A stretch of 64,000 nucleotides of DNA from an uncultured Actinomycetota bacterium (GCA_963829565.1 CAWHJC010000003.1:72615-136614); one strand, 5' to 3'. Counted from the stretch's first letter, positions 1-14,004 are shown. Numbers and translations: made by a program. The notes: a model not told the origin generated them from the sequence alone.

Positions 1-41
1 TCTTCGGTCGTGCGGTTCAGGTGCGGTGGGCGGGTCGTACG

Positions 42-626
42 TCAGTCGTGCAGCTGGCGCAGCGCGGCCCACCGGGGGTCGACCGCCTCGTGCCGGTGCC
101 CCGGGTCGTCGGCCAGGTGCACCCCGCACTCGGAGCACAGACCCGGGCAGTCGTCCCGGCACAGCGGCTGGAGCGGCAGCGCCAGCACCACCGCGTCCCG
201 CAGCGCCGGCTCGAGGTCGAGCAGGTCACCGTCGAGACGAGGCAGCTCGTCCTCGTCGGCGTCGTCCGAGCTCTCGCGGCGGGCCTCCTGCTCACGACCC
301 GGATGGGTCCAGAGCTCCTGGAGGTCGACCACGATCGCGCGGCTGACCGGGTCGAGGCAGCGTACGCATTCGCCGGACACGGTGCCTGTCACCGTCCCGG
401 AGACGAGAACGCCCTCCACGACCGACTCGAGCCGAAGGTCCAGCTCGAGCGCCGACCCCTCCGGCACGCCGAGCACGTCGACGCCGAGGTGGGCCGGTGC
501 CGGAACAGACAGGGAGAGCGGGCGCATCGACCCCGGTCGTCGTCCCAGCTCGCGTGTGTCGAGCACGAGGGGCGAGCGGGGGTCGAGGCGGTGGGCCGTT
601 CTCCTGGTCTCTTCGGGCATGCTCAC
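42..626 (-). CDS. yceD: YceD/DUF177 family protein (large ribosomal RNA subunit accumulation protein)
   Basis: 194-aa ORF with an acidic N-terminus and a C-terminal CxxC...CxxC motif typical of DUF177. Position matches the conserved rpmF-yceD neighbourhood upstream of coaD. Confidence 0.75.
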   Translation of the reverse strand: MSMPEETRRTAHRLDPRSPLVLDTRELGRRPGSMRPLSLSVPAPAHLGVDVLGVPEGSALELDLRLESVVEGVLVSGTVTGTVSGECVRCLDPVSRAIVVDLQELWTHPGREQEARRESSDDADEDELPRLDGDLLDLEPALRDAVVLALPLQPLCRDDCPGLCSECGVHLADDPGHRHEAVDPRWAALRQLHD

Positions 627-709
627 ATCGGGATCGGGGCGGGCTCGGGCCCCGGACGGGACCCGGACAGGCTACCTGACCGCACGCCGAGCGCCCAAAG
701 AGTCGCTGG

Positions 710-1228
710 TCAGCGCTGGTCGGTGTCCTCGCCCAGCGGGTGTCCCCGGTCCGCGAGCGCCCCGTCGTCCCAGTCCTCCTGCGGCGCGCGGCCGCCGAGC
801 TTCTCCCGGCCGCGGTTCACGGCGCCCAGCGTCTTCTCTAGGACGACCTCGAAGTTGGCCAGCTTGGTGTCGACGTAGTCGTCGACCTCGTTCCGCATGG
901 TCCGGGCCTCGTCGAGGGCCTCGGCACGGATGCGCTCGGCCTGCCGGCGCGCCTCACTGACCACCTCGGTCTCGGACGTCATCGCCAGGCGCTGCTCCTC
1001 GGCGAGCCCGATCAGCCGCTGTGCCTCCCGCCGGCCCTCGTCGACCACGCTCTCCCGGTCGTCCAGCAGCATCCGGGCGTGCCGGAACTCCTCCGGCAGC
1101 AGGGTCCGGATCTCCTCGAGCAGCCCCAGGACCTCGCCACGGTTGACGACGCACGACGCCGACATCGGCATCGAGCGGGCCTGCTCGACGATCGCGGTGA
1201 GCTCGTCGAGCTTCTCGTGCACGTCCAC
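710..1228 (-). CDS. DivIVA-domain coiled-coil protein
   Basis: 172-aa ORF. N-terminus (LDELTAIVEQARSMPMSAS..VNRGEVLGLLEEIR) resembles the DivIVA/GpsB-type domain. The remainder is a charged coiled coil. Confidence 0.5.
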   Translation of the reverse strand: MDVHEKLDELTAIVEQARSMPMSASCVVNRGEVLGLLEEIRTLLPEEFRHARMLLDDRESVVDEGRREAQRLIGLAEEQRLAMTSETEVVSEARRQAERIRAEALDEARTMRNEVDDYVDTKLANFEVVLEKTLGAVNRGREKLGGRAPQEDWDDGALADRGHPLGEDTDQR

Positions 1229-1281
1229 GGGCGGTCGTCTCCTGATGAGGGCTGGTCAGGCCGGCCAGTCCGGGATGCCGG

Positions 1282-1770
1282 TCAGGTCGTCGTCTCGAGT
1301 CGCTCGCGCAGCCGACCGAGCACCGGCTCGGGAACCAGCCCCGAGACGTCCCCGCCCCACTTCGCGACCTCCTTCACGAGACTAGAGGAGAGGAAGGAGT
1401 ACTCGGGGTTCGTGGCGACGAACAGCGTCTCGACGCCGGTCAGCCGGTTGTTCATCTGGGCCATCTGCAGCTCGTAGTCGAAGTCGCTGACCGCGCGCAG
1501 GCCCTTCACCACCACGGGGATGTCGCGAGCCCGGCAGTAGTCCACGAGCAAGCCCTGGAACGAGTCGACCACGACGTTGCCCAGCCCGGCGGTGACCTCT
1601 TGCAGCATCGCGATGCGGTCTCCCACCTCGAAGAGTCCGGTCTTCGACGTGTTGACCAGGACCCCGACCGTCACCTCGTCGTAGAGCCGGCTCGCCCGCT
1701 CGATGACGTCGAGGTGGCCGTTGGTCACGGGGTCGAAGGATCCCGGGCAGACGCAGCGCCGCACGGTCAC
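1282..1770 (-). CDS. coaD: phosphopantetheine adenylyltransferase
   Basis: 162-aa ORF with the CPGSFDPVTNGHLDV nucleotidyltransferase motif and full-length similarity to CoaD. Confidence 0.9.
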   Translation of the reverse strand: MTVRRCVCPGSFDPVTNGHLDVIERASRLYDEVTVGVLVNTSKTGLFEVGDRIAMLQEVTAGLGNVVVDSFQGLLVDYCRARDIPVVVKGLRAVSDFDYELQMAQMNNRLTGVETLFVATNPEYSFLSSSLVKEVAKWGGDVSGLVPEPVLGRLRERLETTT

Positions 1771-1791
1771 TCTCCAGCGGTCTCGGGGGGC

Positions 1792-2364
1792 TCAGGCTGA
1801 TCGGCGGCGCGACCGTACCAAAGCGTCGCCTCGCCGTAGCGCCGGGAGCGCAGCCGCGCGGATCCCGGGCGGCCACGCCCACTCGCCGCCCCGGGTGGCC
1901 CGCTCCACCGCGACGAGGGCTCGGGTGGCGAGCCAACCGTTCGCGACGGCCGCCCCCAGCACGGCGCGCAGGTCGTCGTCGGGCAGCTCGTAGGGCGGGT
2001 CCAGGAAGAAGACGTCGTACGCGGGGCTGGTCGCCGCGCGGCCAACCATCCGCTCCACCCGCCCGGACACGACCTGCGCGCCGGGCAGTGCGACGAGCGC
2101 GACGTTCTCCCGCAGGGTGCGGACCGCCCGCTGGTCGGACTCGACGAGCAGGCAGTGCGCCGCGCCACGGCTGAGCGCCTCGATGCCCACCGCGCCCGAC
2201 CCTGCGTACAGGTCCGCGACCCGGCGCCCGGCGAGGGAGCCCAGCTCCGACTCCAGGGTCGAGAACAGTGCCTCCCGGGTCCGGTCGGCGGTCGGCCGGG
2301 TCGCTCGCCCGGGCGGGACGGCCAGCCGGCGCCCCCGCGCCGCCCCGGCGACGACTCTGGTCAC
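1792..2364 (-). CDS. rsmD: 16S rRNA (guanine966-N2)-methyltransferase
   Basis: 190-aa ORF with the DLYAGSGAVGIEALSRGA SAM-binding motif and the DPPY catalytic motif. Lies immediately upstream of coaD, as in other Actinobacteria. Confidence 0.85.
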   Translation of the reverse strand: MTRVVAGAARGRRLAVPPGRATRPTADRTREALFSTLESELGSLAGRRVADLYAGSGAVGIEALSRGAAHCLLVESDQRAVRTLRENVALVALPGAQVVSGRVERMVGRAATSPAYDVFFLDPPYELPDDDLRAVLGAAVANGWLATRALVAVERATRGGEWAWPPGIRAAALPALRRGDALVRSRRRSA

Positions 2365-2367
2365 GGC

Positions 2368-4552
<2,185 letters not shown>

Positions 4553-4553
4553 G

Positions 4554-6221
4554 TCACTCCACCCCGAGCAGCAGCGGGTAGCGCGGCTGGCCCCCGTCGT
4601 AGACGACGGTGTCGACCTCGGGCCGGGTGCGGCGCAGGTGGCCGACGACGGCGTCGGCGAGCTCCCGCGCGACGGCACCCTCCGCCTGCCCGGTCACCAG
4701 CGTGACGAGCTCGCCGCCGCCGCCGAGCATCCGGTCGACGACCGTGCAGGCGACGTCCGAGAGGTCGGCACCGATCACCGCGAAGTCGCCGTCCACGATC
4801 CCGAGCACGTCGCCGACGCGGCACACGCCGGCCATCGTCACCGCCTCGCGGGCAGCGACGGTGACCCCGCCGTGGCGGCAGTGCCCGGCCGCCGCCGTCA
4901 TCGCCACCACGTCGTCCTCGAAGCGCCGGTCGGCGTCGTGCACGGCCAGCGCCGCGATCGCCTGCACGCTCGCACGGGTGGGGATGACCGCGACCCGCAG
5001 TCCCTCGTCGCGCGCCTTGCCGGCGGCTGCCTCGGCGACGGCCAGGCTGTCGGCGTCGTTGGGCAGCACCACCAGGTCCCTCGCCCGGGCCGCCCGCAGC
5101 CCGGCGAGCAGCTCCGCCGTGGAGGCCCGCCGGCCGGGGCCGCCGCGCACGACAGTGGCACCGGCCGCCTCGAACAGCGCGCCCAGGCCCTCGCCGGCCA
5201 CGACCGAGACCACGCCGCGGCTGTCGTCGGGGAGGCGGCCCACGGCCGACCGCGCGGCGTCCGCGAAGTGCGTCACCCGGATCCGGTACGGCCGGCCCGC
5301 TTCGACACCCGCCTCGACGGCGGCTCCGACGTCGTTGACGTGCACGTGGACGTTCCACGTGGGCTCCGAGCCCACGACGACCAGGGAGTCGCCGAGAGGG
5401 GCCAGCCTCGCCCGCAACGCCGGCACCGCGTCGCCGGGGGCGTCGAGCAGGAACATCACCTCGTACGCGGGACCGGGACCCTCGTCGCCGGCACCGGCCG
5501 GCTCGGTGCTGCCCGCGCCGCGGTCCGTCGCCTGCACGTGCACCTCCACCGGCTCGGGGACCGCACCGGTCACCACCGAGACCAGGGCGTCCATCAGGAC
5601 GCAGACGCCACGGCCGCCGGCATCGACGACGCCCGCCCGGCGCAGCGTCTCGAGCTGCTCGGGGGTGCGGGCCAGCGCGGCGCGAGCACCGGCCGCCGCC
5701 CGCGTCACCACCCCGGCGAGCCCGTCCGCGGCGCCGTCGGCCACCTGGGCGGCGCGGGCGGCCTCCCGGGCCACGGTGAGCATCGTCCCCTCGACGGGCT
5801 GGGCGACGGCGGCGTACGCCGCGTCCGCGGCCAGGGTCAGAGCTCGGGCCACTCCGTCCGGCCCGACCGGCCCGGCCTCGTCCGCCACCGCATCGGCGAG
5901 GCCGCGGACCATCTGGCTCAGGATGACCCCCGAGTTGCCCCGGGCGCCGAGCAGCGCCCCGTGGGCCAGCGCCGAGAGGGCTTCGCCGGGCGTCGCACCG
6001 CCCGAGAGGCCGGCCTCGCTCAGGGCGTCCACCGCCGCCGCGACCGTGAGGTGCAGGTTGGTCCCCGTGTCGCCGTCGGGCACCGGGTAGACGTTGAGCT
6101 CGTCGATCTCCTCCCGGGCCTCCTCGAGCGCGTCGCGGCCGGCCCGGGCCCACCGCTCGACGGCTTCCGCGTCCAGCGCCCGCAGCGGGGCGGGCGGGGC
6201 GGTGGGGGCCGCGGGGCTCAT
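4554..6221 (-). CDS. DAK2 domain fusion protein YloV (dihydroxyacetone kinase-like)
   Basis: About 556 aa from the ATG at 6221, which has an upstream GGGAGA Shine-Dalgarno. Contains the DAK2 motif ([12 protein letters not shown]) and a C-terminal DegV-like region. Synteny is recG-DAK2-rpmB. Confidence 0.85.
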   Translation of the reverse strand: MSPAAPTAPPAPLRALDAEAVERWARAGRDALEEAREEIDELNVYPVPDGDTGTNLHLTVAAAVDALSEAGLSGGATPGEALSALAHGALLGARGNSGVILSQMVRGLADAVADEAGPVGPDGVARALTLAADAAYAAVAQPVEGTMLTVAREAARAAQVADGAADGLAGVVTRAAAGARAALARTPEQLETLRRAGVVDAGGRGVCVLMDALVSVVTGAVPEPVEVHVQATDRGAGSTEPAGAGDEGPGPAYEVMFLLDAPGDAVPALRARLAPLGDSLVVVGSEPTWNVHVHVNDVGAAVEAGVEAGRPYRIRVTHFADAARSAVGRLPDDSRGVVSVVAGEGLGALFEAAGATVVRGGPGRRASTAELLAGLRAARARDLVVLPNDADSLAVAEAAAGKARDEGLRVAVIPTRASVQAIAALAVHDADRRFEDDVVAMTAAAGHCRHGGVTVAAREAVTMAGVCRVGDVLGIVDGDFAVIGADLSDVACTVVDRMLGGGGELVTLVTGQAEGAVARELADAVVGHLRRTRPEVDTVVYDGGQPRYPLLLGVE

Positions 6222-6418
6222 GCTGGGTCTCCCGTGGTGGTCGCTGCTGGCGGGTGGCGGTGTGGCCGCGTGGCCGCAGGCTAGTCGCAGGGCCGGACGC
6301 GGGCCCGGCTCGGTTGGCGCCCCGGCGCGCCGGTCGGTTACCCTTCTGCGGTTGCCCGGGGCAGTGTGAGCACGGCTCGGGCCGCCCTCAACCGTCCCAC
6401 CACTCTTGGAGATCACCC

Positions 6419-6604
6419 GTGGCTGCCACCTGCGACGTCTGCGGCAAGGGTCCGGGCTTCGGGCACAGCATCTCGCACTCGCACCGGCGCACCAAGCGCC
6501 GCTTCAACCCGAACATCCAGACCGTGCGCGCGATGGTGGGCAAGACCCCCAAGCGGCTCAACGTGTGCACCTCCTGCCTGAAGGCAGGCAAGGTCAGCCG
6601 CTAG
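6419..6604 (+). CDS. rpmB: 50S ribosomal protein L28
   Basis: 61-aa protein ([35 protein letters not shown]...) with a GTG start and a GGAGA Shine-Dalgarno. The ORF track extends it upstream artefactually. Confidence 0.9.
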   Translation: MAATCDVCGKGPGFGHSISHSHRRTKRRFNPNIQTVRAMVGKTPKRLNVCTSCLKAGKVSR

Positions 6605-7563
6605 AACGACCGCCAGCCGCCTGACCCCTGCCACGGCGTGCCGTCCACGACGACGGCCTCCCCGGCGTCGACCCGGCCGATGACGCTCCACGCCATCGGC
6701 AGGTCGACGTCCGCGGGGAAGGTGGCGACGAGGGCGTGGTCCTCGCCGCCGGTGAGCAGCCACTGCATCGGGTCTGCGTTCAGCGCCCTGGCCGTGTCCT
6801 GGAACTCCTGCGGCACGTGGAAGGCGCTGGACTCGACGCGCACGCAGACCCCGCTGGCCCGGGCCAGGTGACCGAGGTCGGACACCAGGCCGTCGCTGAC
6901 GTCCACCATCGCGGTGGCACCCAGCGCGGCGGCGCGAGGACCCTCGTCGTACGGCGGCACCGGCCGGCGGTGGGCGTCGGTGAGGGCCCGCGGGGAGCGG
7001 AAGCCGCGGGAGAGCACCGCGAAGCCTGCGGCGGACCACCCGAGCCGGCCGGCGACGGCGACCAGGTCACCGGGCCGGGCGCCGGCACGGGTCACGGGGT
7101 CGCGGCCCTGCAGATCGCCCAGGGCGGTCACGCTCACGGTGATGGCGTCCGCTCGCACCACGTCGCCGCCCGCGACGGCGGCGCCGGCACGTTCCGCCTC
7201 CTGGCCGAGGCCGTCGGCGAAGTCCATCGCCCACTGCACGTCGAGGTCCGGCGGGACCGCGAGCCCGACGAGCAGGGCCGTCGGTACGGCGCCCATCGCC
7301 GCGACGTCGGCGAGGCTGGCCGCGGCCGCGCGCACCCCGACGTCGACGCCGCTCGACCAGTCCCGCTTGAAGTGGCGGCCCTCGACGAGGACGTCGACCG
7401 TGGCGACGACCCTGCCGTCCGGCGCGGCGACGAGTGCGGCGTCGTCACCCGGGCCGAGCAGCAGCGCGTCGGTGCTGCCGAGCCGAGCGGTGACCGCCTC
7501 GATGAGGCCGAGCTCACCGAGCTCGCCGACGGTGCCGCGCGTCGTGCTGCCGGACATCGCCAC
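6601..7563 (-). CDS. thiL: thiamine-monophosphate kinase
   Basis: 320-aa ORF with the AIR-synthase-related fold motifs (GEFGLI-like [15 protein letters not shown]). Convergent with rpmB; the two stop codons overlap. Confidence 0.85.
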   Translation of the reverse strand: MAMSGSTTRGTVGELGELGLIEAVTARLGSTDALLLGPGDDAALVAAPDGRVVATVDVLVEGRHFKRDWSSGVDVGVRAAAASLADVAAMGAVPTALLVGLAVPPDLDVQWAMDFADGLGQEAERAGAAVAGGDVVRADAITVSVTALGDLQGRDPVTRAGARPGDLVAVAGRLGWSAAGFAVLSRGFRSPRALTDAHRRPVPPYDEGPRAAALGATAMVDVSDGLVSDLGHLARASGVCVRVESSAFHVPQEFQDTARALNADPMQWLLTGGEDHALVATFPADVDLPMAWSVIGRVDAGEAVVVDGTPWQGSGGWRSF

Positions 7564-7648
7564 TTCCCTTTCCGGTAGGTTCGCTCGCGAGCGACGCCCC
7601 CCGGCGGCGCACGCGACCGCCAGACTCTACGTAAGGAAGGGGCCCTCG

Positions 7649-7885
7649 ATGGTCGTCCAGGCCTACATCCTGATCCAGACCGAGGTCGGCAAGGCCGCTC
7701 AGGTGGCTCGCGAGATCGCGGACGTCAAAGGCGTCACCATGGCAGAGGACGTCACCGGCCCGTACGACGTGATCGTCCGCGCCGAGGCCCGCAACGTCGA
7801 CGAGCTGGGCAAGCTCGTGGTCGCCAAGGTCCAGGGCGTGGACGGCATCACCCGCACCCTCACCTGCCCGGTCGTCCACCTCTGA
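7649..7885 (+). CDS. Lrp/AsnC-family ligand-binding (RAM) domain small protein
   Basis: 78-aa ORF (MVVQAYILIQTEVGKAAQVAREIADVKGV...). ATG at 7649 with an AGGAAGG Shine-Dalgarno. Confidence 0.65.
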   Translation: MVVQAYILIQTEVGKAAQVAREIADVKGVTMAEDVTGPYDVIVRAEARNVDELGKLVVAKVQGVDGITRTLTCPVVHL

Positions 7886-7887
7886 CG

Positions 7888-8331
7888 CTGCGCGTCACCG
7901 CCGCGGTCGCGCTCGGCACGGCGCTCGCCGTCCTGGCCGGCTGCTCGGCCGACCCCGCTGTGCGGGTGTCGCCGCCGACCGGCCCGGGCACGGGGTGCGA
8001 GCGCCTGCACCATGCACTCCCCGCCTCGCTGGACGGCGCCGGCTCGCGCGACGTGACCCCGTCGTCCACCCGCACGGCGGCCTGGGGTGACCCCGCCGTG
8101 GTGCTCCGCTGCGGGGTCGCCCGGCCGGCGGGGCTAACCGGCTCGGAGGTCGTCGAGGTCGAGCGGGTCGAGTGGCTGGTGGCCGAGGGCCGGCGGGCGT
8201 ACGTCTTCACCACCACCGGCCGGACGACGTACGTCCAGCTGCGCGTCCCCCGGTCCACGCCGCGCGACCGCGCCACCTCGCCGCTCGTCGACCTGGCCCC
8301 CGCCGTGCGGCGCTGGATCCGGCGGGTCTGA
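7888..8331 (+). CDS. putative lipoprotein (start codon uncertain)
   Basis: In-frame sequence directly after the asnC-like stop encodes ..RVTAAVALGTALAVLAGCSAD, a signal peptide with a lipobox. There is no ATG, GTG or TTG before the GTG at 7960, so a CTG start or a sequence error is suspected. Confidence 0.45.
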   Translation: MRVTAAVALGTALAVLAGCSADPAVRVSPPTGPGTGCERLHHALPASLDGAGSRDVTPSSTRTAAWGDPAVVLRCGVARPAGLTGSEVVEVERVEWLVAEGRRAYVFTTTGRTTYVQLRVPRSTPRDRATSPLVDLAPAVRRWIRRV

Positions 8332-8337
8332 CGCCGG

Positions 8338-9493
8338 TTAGCGGAGGCCGGCGGGCTTGGCCAGCGCGGTCTGCACCAGCCGGTCGACCAGTGCCGGGTA
8401 GTCCAGGCCCGTGGCGTCCCACATCAGCGGGAACATCGAGACGGGCGTGAAGCCCGGCATCGTGTTCACCTCGTTGACGAGCACCGAGCCGTCGCCCGGT
8501 GACGAAGAAGTCGACCCGTGCCAGGCCCTCGCAGGCCAGCGACGTCGAACGCCCGGCAGGCGAGGTCCTGCACCTCGGCGACGACGTCGTCGGGCAGGTC
8601 CGCGGGCACGATCAGGTCGGTGCCCTCGTCCGGCAGGTACTTCGCCGCGAAGTCGTAGAACTCGTGACCACCCCCGACGACGACCTCCCCGGGCACGCTG
8701 GCCTCGGGCGGTGCGCCGTCGAGCCCCTCGAGCACACCGCACTCGATCTCGCGGCCCGAGAACGGCTGCCTCGACGACGACTCGCGGGTCGTGCGACCGA
8801 GCCGTTTCGATCGCGTCGTCGAGCTCGCCGGGGACACGGACCTTGGTGATCCCGACGCTCGAACCGGCCCGCGCGGGCTTGACGAAGACCGGGTAGCCCA
8901 GCCCCGCCACCGTCTCGCGCACGGCAGCCTTGTCGGTGGCCCAGGCCCGCGGCGTCACCACGGCGTACGGCCCGACCGGCAGGCCGGCCCCCTGCAGCAG
9001 CGTCTTCGCGTGGCCCTTGTCCATGGCGGCCGCGGAGGCGAACACGCCGGAGCCGACGTACGGCACTCCGGCGAGCTCGAGGAGCCCCTGCAGGGTTCCG
9101 TCCTCGCCGTACGGGCCGTGCAGCAGCGGCAGGACGACATCGACCTCGCCGAGCTCCTCCGGCATCTTTCCCGGCTCGTAGACGGCGAGCCCGCGATGCG
9201 TCGGGTCACCGGAGAGCACGACGGCGCTGCGCCGTCGTCCGGCGACCTCGGGCACGGTCGCCGCCGGTGACGGCCGGCCGCTGCGGGTCGTCGGCGGCGA
9301 GCACCCAACGGCCCTCGCGCGAGATGCCGACCGGGACGACGTCGTAGCGGTCGCGGTCGATCGCGGCCAGGACGCTGCCGGCCGAGACGCAGGACACCGC
9401 GTGCTCCGTGCTCCGGCCACCGAAGACGACGGCGACGCGGGCTCGGCGTGGCTGCTGGTCGGGGCCGCTGGCGTCAGCAGTCTGGTCGGTCAT
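8338..9493 (-). CDS. ddl: D-alanine--D-alanine ligase, with three apparent single-base insertions
   Basis: Ddl sequence is spread over three frames. The N-terminus (RVAVVFGGRSTEHAVSCVSAGSV) runs 9493-~9262, the middle (EIECGVLEG...HEFYDFAAKYL) lies within 8466-8837, and the C-terminus (VLVNEVNTMPGFT) ends at 8338. Each junction is repaired by deleting one G or C from a G/C run. Confidence 0.85.
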
Positions 9494-9540
9494 CGCGGTC
9501 GACCCTACCGACGGCCCACCGGACCGGGATACTCGCTGCC

Positions 9541-10648
9541 ATGACCGCCGCCGGGCACCCGACCCGCCGTCCCGCACCCGGCTCTCGCCTGCCACGGTCG
9601 CCGTCTCGGCGGGCCGGCCACCCAGGCAGCCCGACGGGCCGCTGAACCCGCCCCTGGTGATGGCGTCGACCTACCACGCCGGCGGCGAGGTCGGCTACGG
9701 CAGGTACGGCAACCCCACGTGGGAGATGCTCGAGACCGCCGTCGGCGCGCTCGAGGGTGGCGTGGCCACCTCCTTCGCGTCCGGGATGGCGGCCGTCGCC
9801 GCGGTGGTCGACCTGGTGCCCGACGGTGGCGTCGTCGTCGCCGGGCCCCGGCTCGTACTACGGCACGCTCTCGTTGCTCGCCCGCCTCGAGGAGCGCGGC
9901 CGGCTGACGGTGCGCCGCGTCGACTTGACCGATCAGGTCGCCAGCGCCGAGGCGATGCAGGGCAGCGACCTGTGCTGGGCGGAGAGCCCCACCAACCCGC
10001 TGCTGCAGCTCGTCGACCTCGAGCGGCTTGCCGAGCAGACAACGGCGGCGGGCGTGGTGCTCGCGGTCGACAACACCTTCGCCACGCCGATCCTGCAGCG
10101 CCCGCTCGAGACCGGTGCCGACGTGGTGGTGCACAGCGCCACGAAGTACCTCTCCGGCCACTCCGACCTGCTGCTCGGCGTCGCCGTGGCGGGCGACGTC
10201 GGCGTGGCCGACCGCCTGGTGGAGGTGCGCAGCCGCCAGGGGTCGGTGCCCGGGACGGTGGAGGCGTGGCTCGCGCTGCGCGGGCTGCGCACGCTGCACC
10301 TGCGCGTCGAACGGGCCCAGGCCAACGCGACCGAGCTCGCGGCCAGGCTGCGCGACCACCCGAGGGTCGAGCGGGTCCACTACCCGGGGCTGGGTGCCGT
10401 CGTCAGCATCGAGCTGCGCGGCGACGTGGCGGCCAGCGGACGCCGTCACGACGGCCACGGTGCTGTGGGTGCACGCGACGAGCCTCGGCGGCGTCGAGTC
10501 CAGCCTCGAGCGCCGGCGGAAGTGGCCCGGCGAGAGCCGGGACGTCCCCGAGACGCTGCTCCGGCTGTCGGTCGGCGTCGAGGACGTCGAGGACCTCTGG
10601 GCCGACCTCGTGGACGCCCTCGGCACCCTCCCGCTGTCCGGGTCCTAG
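9541..10648 (+). CDS. PLP-dependent Cys/Met-metabolism enzyme (cystathionine gamma-synthase/lyase family), with about three frameshifts
   Basis: Shows AVSAGR...[30 protein letters not shown] (PLP-lysine region) and [13 protein letters not shown] motifs, spread over frames 9541->~9585->~9850->~10440. Convergent with gpsA, overlapping by 4 nt. Confidence 0.7.
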
Positions 10649-11646
10649 TCGCTCTCGGCCTTCGCACTGCGGCTCATGATGCGCCTCACGATCTCCGCCG
10701 GCGGCAGCCCGTCGTGGACGGCGGCCACGACGTGCTCGACGATCGGCATGTCGACGTGGTGGGCACGAGCCAGCGCCAGGATCGACTCCGCCGACTTGAC
10801 GCCCTCAGCCGTCTGCCGGGTGGCCGCCACCACCTCCTCGAGCGTCATGCCGCGGCCGAGGTTCTCGCCGAAGGTCCGGTTGCGCGACAGGGGCGACATG
10901 CAGGTGGCGACGAGGTCGCCGACACCGGCGAGACCGGCGAAGGTCGCCGCGTCCGAGCCCTGGGCCAGCCCGAGGCGGGTGATCTCGGCCAGCCCGCGGG
11001 TGATGATCGACGCCTGCGAGTTGTCGCCCATGCCCATGCCCTTGGCCATCCCGACCGCGAGGGCGATGACGTTCTTCACCGCTCCCCCGAGCTCGACCCC
11101 GACGACGTCGGTGTTCGTGTAGGGCCGGAAGTAGGGCGTGAGGCAGACCTGCTGCAGCTTCTCCGCCACCGCCTCGTCGACGCACGCCACGACGCTGGCC
11201 GCCGGCTGCCGCTGGGCGATCTCCTTGGCCAGGTTGGGGCCCGAGACGACCGCGATGCGCTCCGGTCCCGCGCCGGTCGTCTCGGCGATGACCTCGCTCA
11301 TCCGTCGGGTCGTGCCGAGCTCGATGCCCTTCATCAGGCTCACCAGGACGCAGCCGTCGGGCAGCAGCGGCGCCCAGCCGGACAGGTTGCCGCGCAAGGT
11401 CTGTGACGGCACGGCCAGCACCACGACCTCGGCGCGCTGCAGCGCCTGCTCCGGGTCGGCGGTCGCCACGATCGCCTCGGGCAGCGCGATGCCGGGGAGG
11501 TAGTCGGCGTTCTCGTGCGCCCGGTTGATGGCCTCGGCGGCCTCGGCCCGCCGGCCCCAGAGCGTGACCTCGGCGCCCGCATCGGCGAGGACCATGGAGA
11601 ACGCGGTGCCCCACGAGCCGTTGCCGAGCACCGCCACGCGCGTCAT
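10645..11646 (-). CDS. gpsA: NAD(P)H-dependent glycerol-3-phosphate dehydrogenase
   Basis: 333-aa ORF with a [12 protein letters not shown] Rossmann motif and full-length GpsA similarity. Synteny matches the M. tuberculosis ddlA-gpdA2 pair (Rv2981c-Rv2982c). Confidence 0.9.
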   Translation of the reverse strand: MTRVAVLGNGSWGTAFSMVLADAGAEVTLWGRRAEAAEAINRAHENADYLPGIALPEAIVATADPEQALQRAEVVVLAVPSQTLRGNLSGWAPLLPDGCVLVSLMKGIELGTTRRMSEVIAETTGAGPERIAVVSGPNLAKEIAQRQPAASVVACVDEAVAEKLQQVCLTPYFRPYTNTDVVGVELGGAVKNVIALAVGMAKGMGMGDNSQASIITRGLAEITRLGLAQGSDAATFAGLAGVGDLVATCMSPLSRNRTFGENLGRGMTLEEVVAATRQTAEGVKSAESILALARAHHVDMPIVEHVVAAVHDGLPPAEIVRRIMSRSAKAESD

Positions 11647-11677
11647 CCGGCTCTCCTGACGTCGTTGCTCAGGCCGC

Positions 11678-12463
11678 TCACGCGGACCTCCTGTCGGCGC
11701 CGCCGTCCCGGCCGGGGTCGCCGGTCCGAGGCAGGCCGGCCTGCTTGGGGTCGAAGCGTACGGCGGGAGCCTTCTCGCCGCGGATCTGCTCGAGGAGATC
11801 GGTGATCGCAGCCATGATCCGCTCGGTCACCTCCCGCAGCAGCTCCGCGTCGACCGGCCGCCCCACCACGTCGGCCAGGTCGACCGGCGGACCGGCCCGG
11901 ACGTGCATCGTCCGGCGGGGCAACAGCTTCGGCCGCTTGGTGTACGGCGGCAGGATCTCCTGCGGGCCCCACTGGGCCACCGGGATGACCGGGGCCCCGG
12001 TCTCCAGCGCGACGCGCGCCGCTCCCGTCTTGCCCACCATCGGCCAGAGGCCGGGGTCGCGGGTGAGCGTGGCCTCTGGGTAGATCGCGACCAGCTCACC
12101 GTCCCTGACGGCGGCGACCGCGGCGGCGTAGGCGAGCGATGCGCTCCCGGACTCCCGGTAGACCGGGATCTGCTTCGCACCGCGCACGACCATGCCTACG
12201 AACGGGACCTTGAACACCGAGTCCTTGGCCAGGAACCGCGGCAGCCGCCCGTTGTCGTAGACGAAATGGGCAAAGGTAAGCGGGTCGACGTGCGACACGT
12301 GGTTCACCACGACCACGGCGCCGCCGTCCGGGACGTGCTCGGTGCCTCGCCAGTCGCGCCTGGTCAGCAGCATCAACGGCGGCCGCAGCACGACGACGGC
12401 GAAGCGGTACCAGAATCCGTGCCGGCCACGGCGCTCCCGTTGCCTCGACCGCTCGCGCCTCAC
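11678..12463 (-). CDS. 1-acyl-sn-glycerol-3-phosphate acyltransferase (PlsC family)
   Basis: 261-aa ORF with the acyltransferase HxxxxD motif (NHVSHVDP) and PEAT/PEGT-like motifs. Confidence 0.8.
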   Translation of the reverse strand: MRRERSRQRERRGRHGFWYRFAVVVLRPPLMLLTRRDWRGTEHVPDGGAVVVVNHVSHVDPLTFAHFVYDNGRLPRFLAKDSVFKVPFVGMVVRGAKQIPVYRESGSASLAYAAAVAAVRDGELVAIYPEATLTRDPGLWPMVGKTGAARVALETGAPVIPVAQWGPQEILPPYTKRPKLLPRRTMHVRAGPPVDLADVVGRPVDAELLREVTERIMAAITDLLEQIRGEKAPAVRFDPKQAGLPRTGDPGRDGGADRRSA

Positions 12464-12574
12464 TCTGGTCCCTTCTCCGCCGGTGCGCGACAGTCTCCCG
12501 TCCTGGCGAGCAGGCTGTCGAGCGCGCTGCCGCGATGTCGAACTGAGGCCTGGCGGGCCTGGCAGGATCCAGGG

Positions 12575-13214
12575 GTGCCCGGCGCTGCGGACCGTTGGTG
12601 CCTGATCGTGCCCGTCAAGCGGCTGGCCGCGGCCAAGACCCGGTTGGGTCCGCCGTTCGACGGGTCACGGGGCGCCCTGGCCCTGGCCTTCGCCCTCGAC
12701 ACCACCGTCGCCGCCCTCGCCTGCCCCGACGTGCTGGCCGTGGTCGTCGTCACCGACGACCCGACGGCGGCCCAGCGGCTCGCGGCAGTCGGTGCCGAGG
12801 TGGTCGGCGACGAGCCGGACGCCGGACTCAACCCGGCGCTCGAGCACGGTGCGACCGTCGCCCGCCGGTCCTACCCGGCCTGCGGCGCGGGAGCACTGTC
12901 GGCCGACCTGCCGGCCCTGCGAGCCGACGAGCTGGCCGCGGCACTCACGGCGGCCGGGGCCCATCGTCGGTCCTTCGTCCGCGACGCCGAGGGCAGCGGC
13001 ACGACCCTGGTGCTCGCGCGCCCCGACGAGCGCCTGCGGCCCGCCTTCGGCCCGTCCTCGGCCGCCCGGCACGCCGCCGCCGGCTACGTCGAGCTCGCCG
13101 GTGAGGGCCTCGGCTCGGTCCGCCAGGACGTGGACACGGTCGCCGACATGGAGCGCGCCCGCCGACATCGGCGTGGGTCCGCACACGAGGGCGCTGCTCC
13201 TCGACATCCAGTGA
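12575..13214 (+). CDS. cofC: 2-phospho-L-lactate guanylyltransferase (F420 biosynthesis), with a frameshift near 13160
   Basis: GTG start. Sequence LIVPVKRLAAAKTRLG...GALALAFALDTT matches CofC/FbiD. The C-terminus (IGVGPHTRALLLDIQ) is in a second frame because of one extra C. Synteny matches M. tuberculosis Rv2983 next to gpdA2. Confidence 0.75.
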
Positions 13215-13236
13215 GCATCGGATAGGTTCTGCGTCC

Positions 13237-13464
13237 GTGCAGGCGACCGTGCGCAGGTTCGACGCCGAGACCCGCTCCGGCACCGTGGTCCTGGACGACG
13301 GGGTGGAGCTGCCCTTCGACGCGCCGGCGTTCGACGCCGGGGGGATCCGGCTCCTGCGGGTGGGGCAGCGGGTGCGCATCGAGGTGAGCGCGGACGACGC
13401 TGCCGGCCGCGAGGTCACCTTCCTCACCATCGCGACTCTTCCCGGCCTGCCGGCTGCGCCCTGA
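13237..13464 (+). CDS. cold-shock-domain-like (OB-fold) small protein
   Basis: 75-aa ORF. ATVRRFDAETRSGTVVLDDGVELPFD...GQRVRIEV has the same spacing as CspA (GTVKWFNAEKGFGFI..DG.DVFVH...GQ.V.F) but is divergent. Confidence 0.4.
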   Translation: MQATVRRFDAETRSGTVVLDDGVELPFDAPAFDAGGIRLLRVGQRVRIEVSADDAAGREVTFLTIATLPGLPAAP

Positions 13465-13515
13465 CGACGGACGGCCCGGCCGCCCTGGGGCGACCGGGCC
13501 GTGCAGTGCAGACCG

Positions 13516-14004
<489 letters not shown>

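Noticed and set aside
1-41. Possible rpmF fragment at the window edge
   Set aside because: The 41 nt before yceD do not encode the conserved L32 N-terminus (MAVPKRK). rpmF is presumably outside the window.
9408-9540. GTG start at 9408 for the cystathionine gamma-synthase-like gene
   Set aside because: It would overlap about 85 nt of the divergent ddl N-terminus. The ATG at 9541 plus a one-base frame correction gives a normal N-terminus (MTAAGHPTR...).
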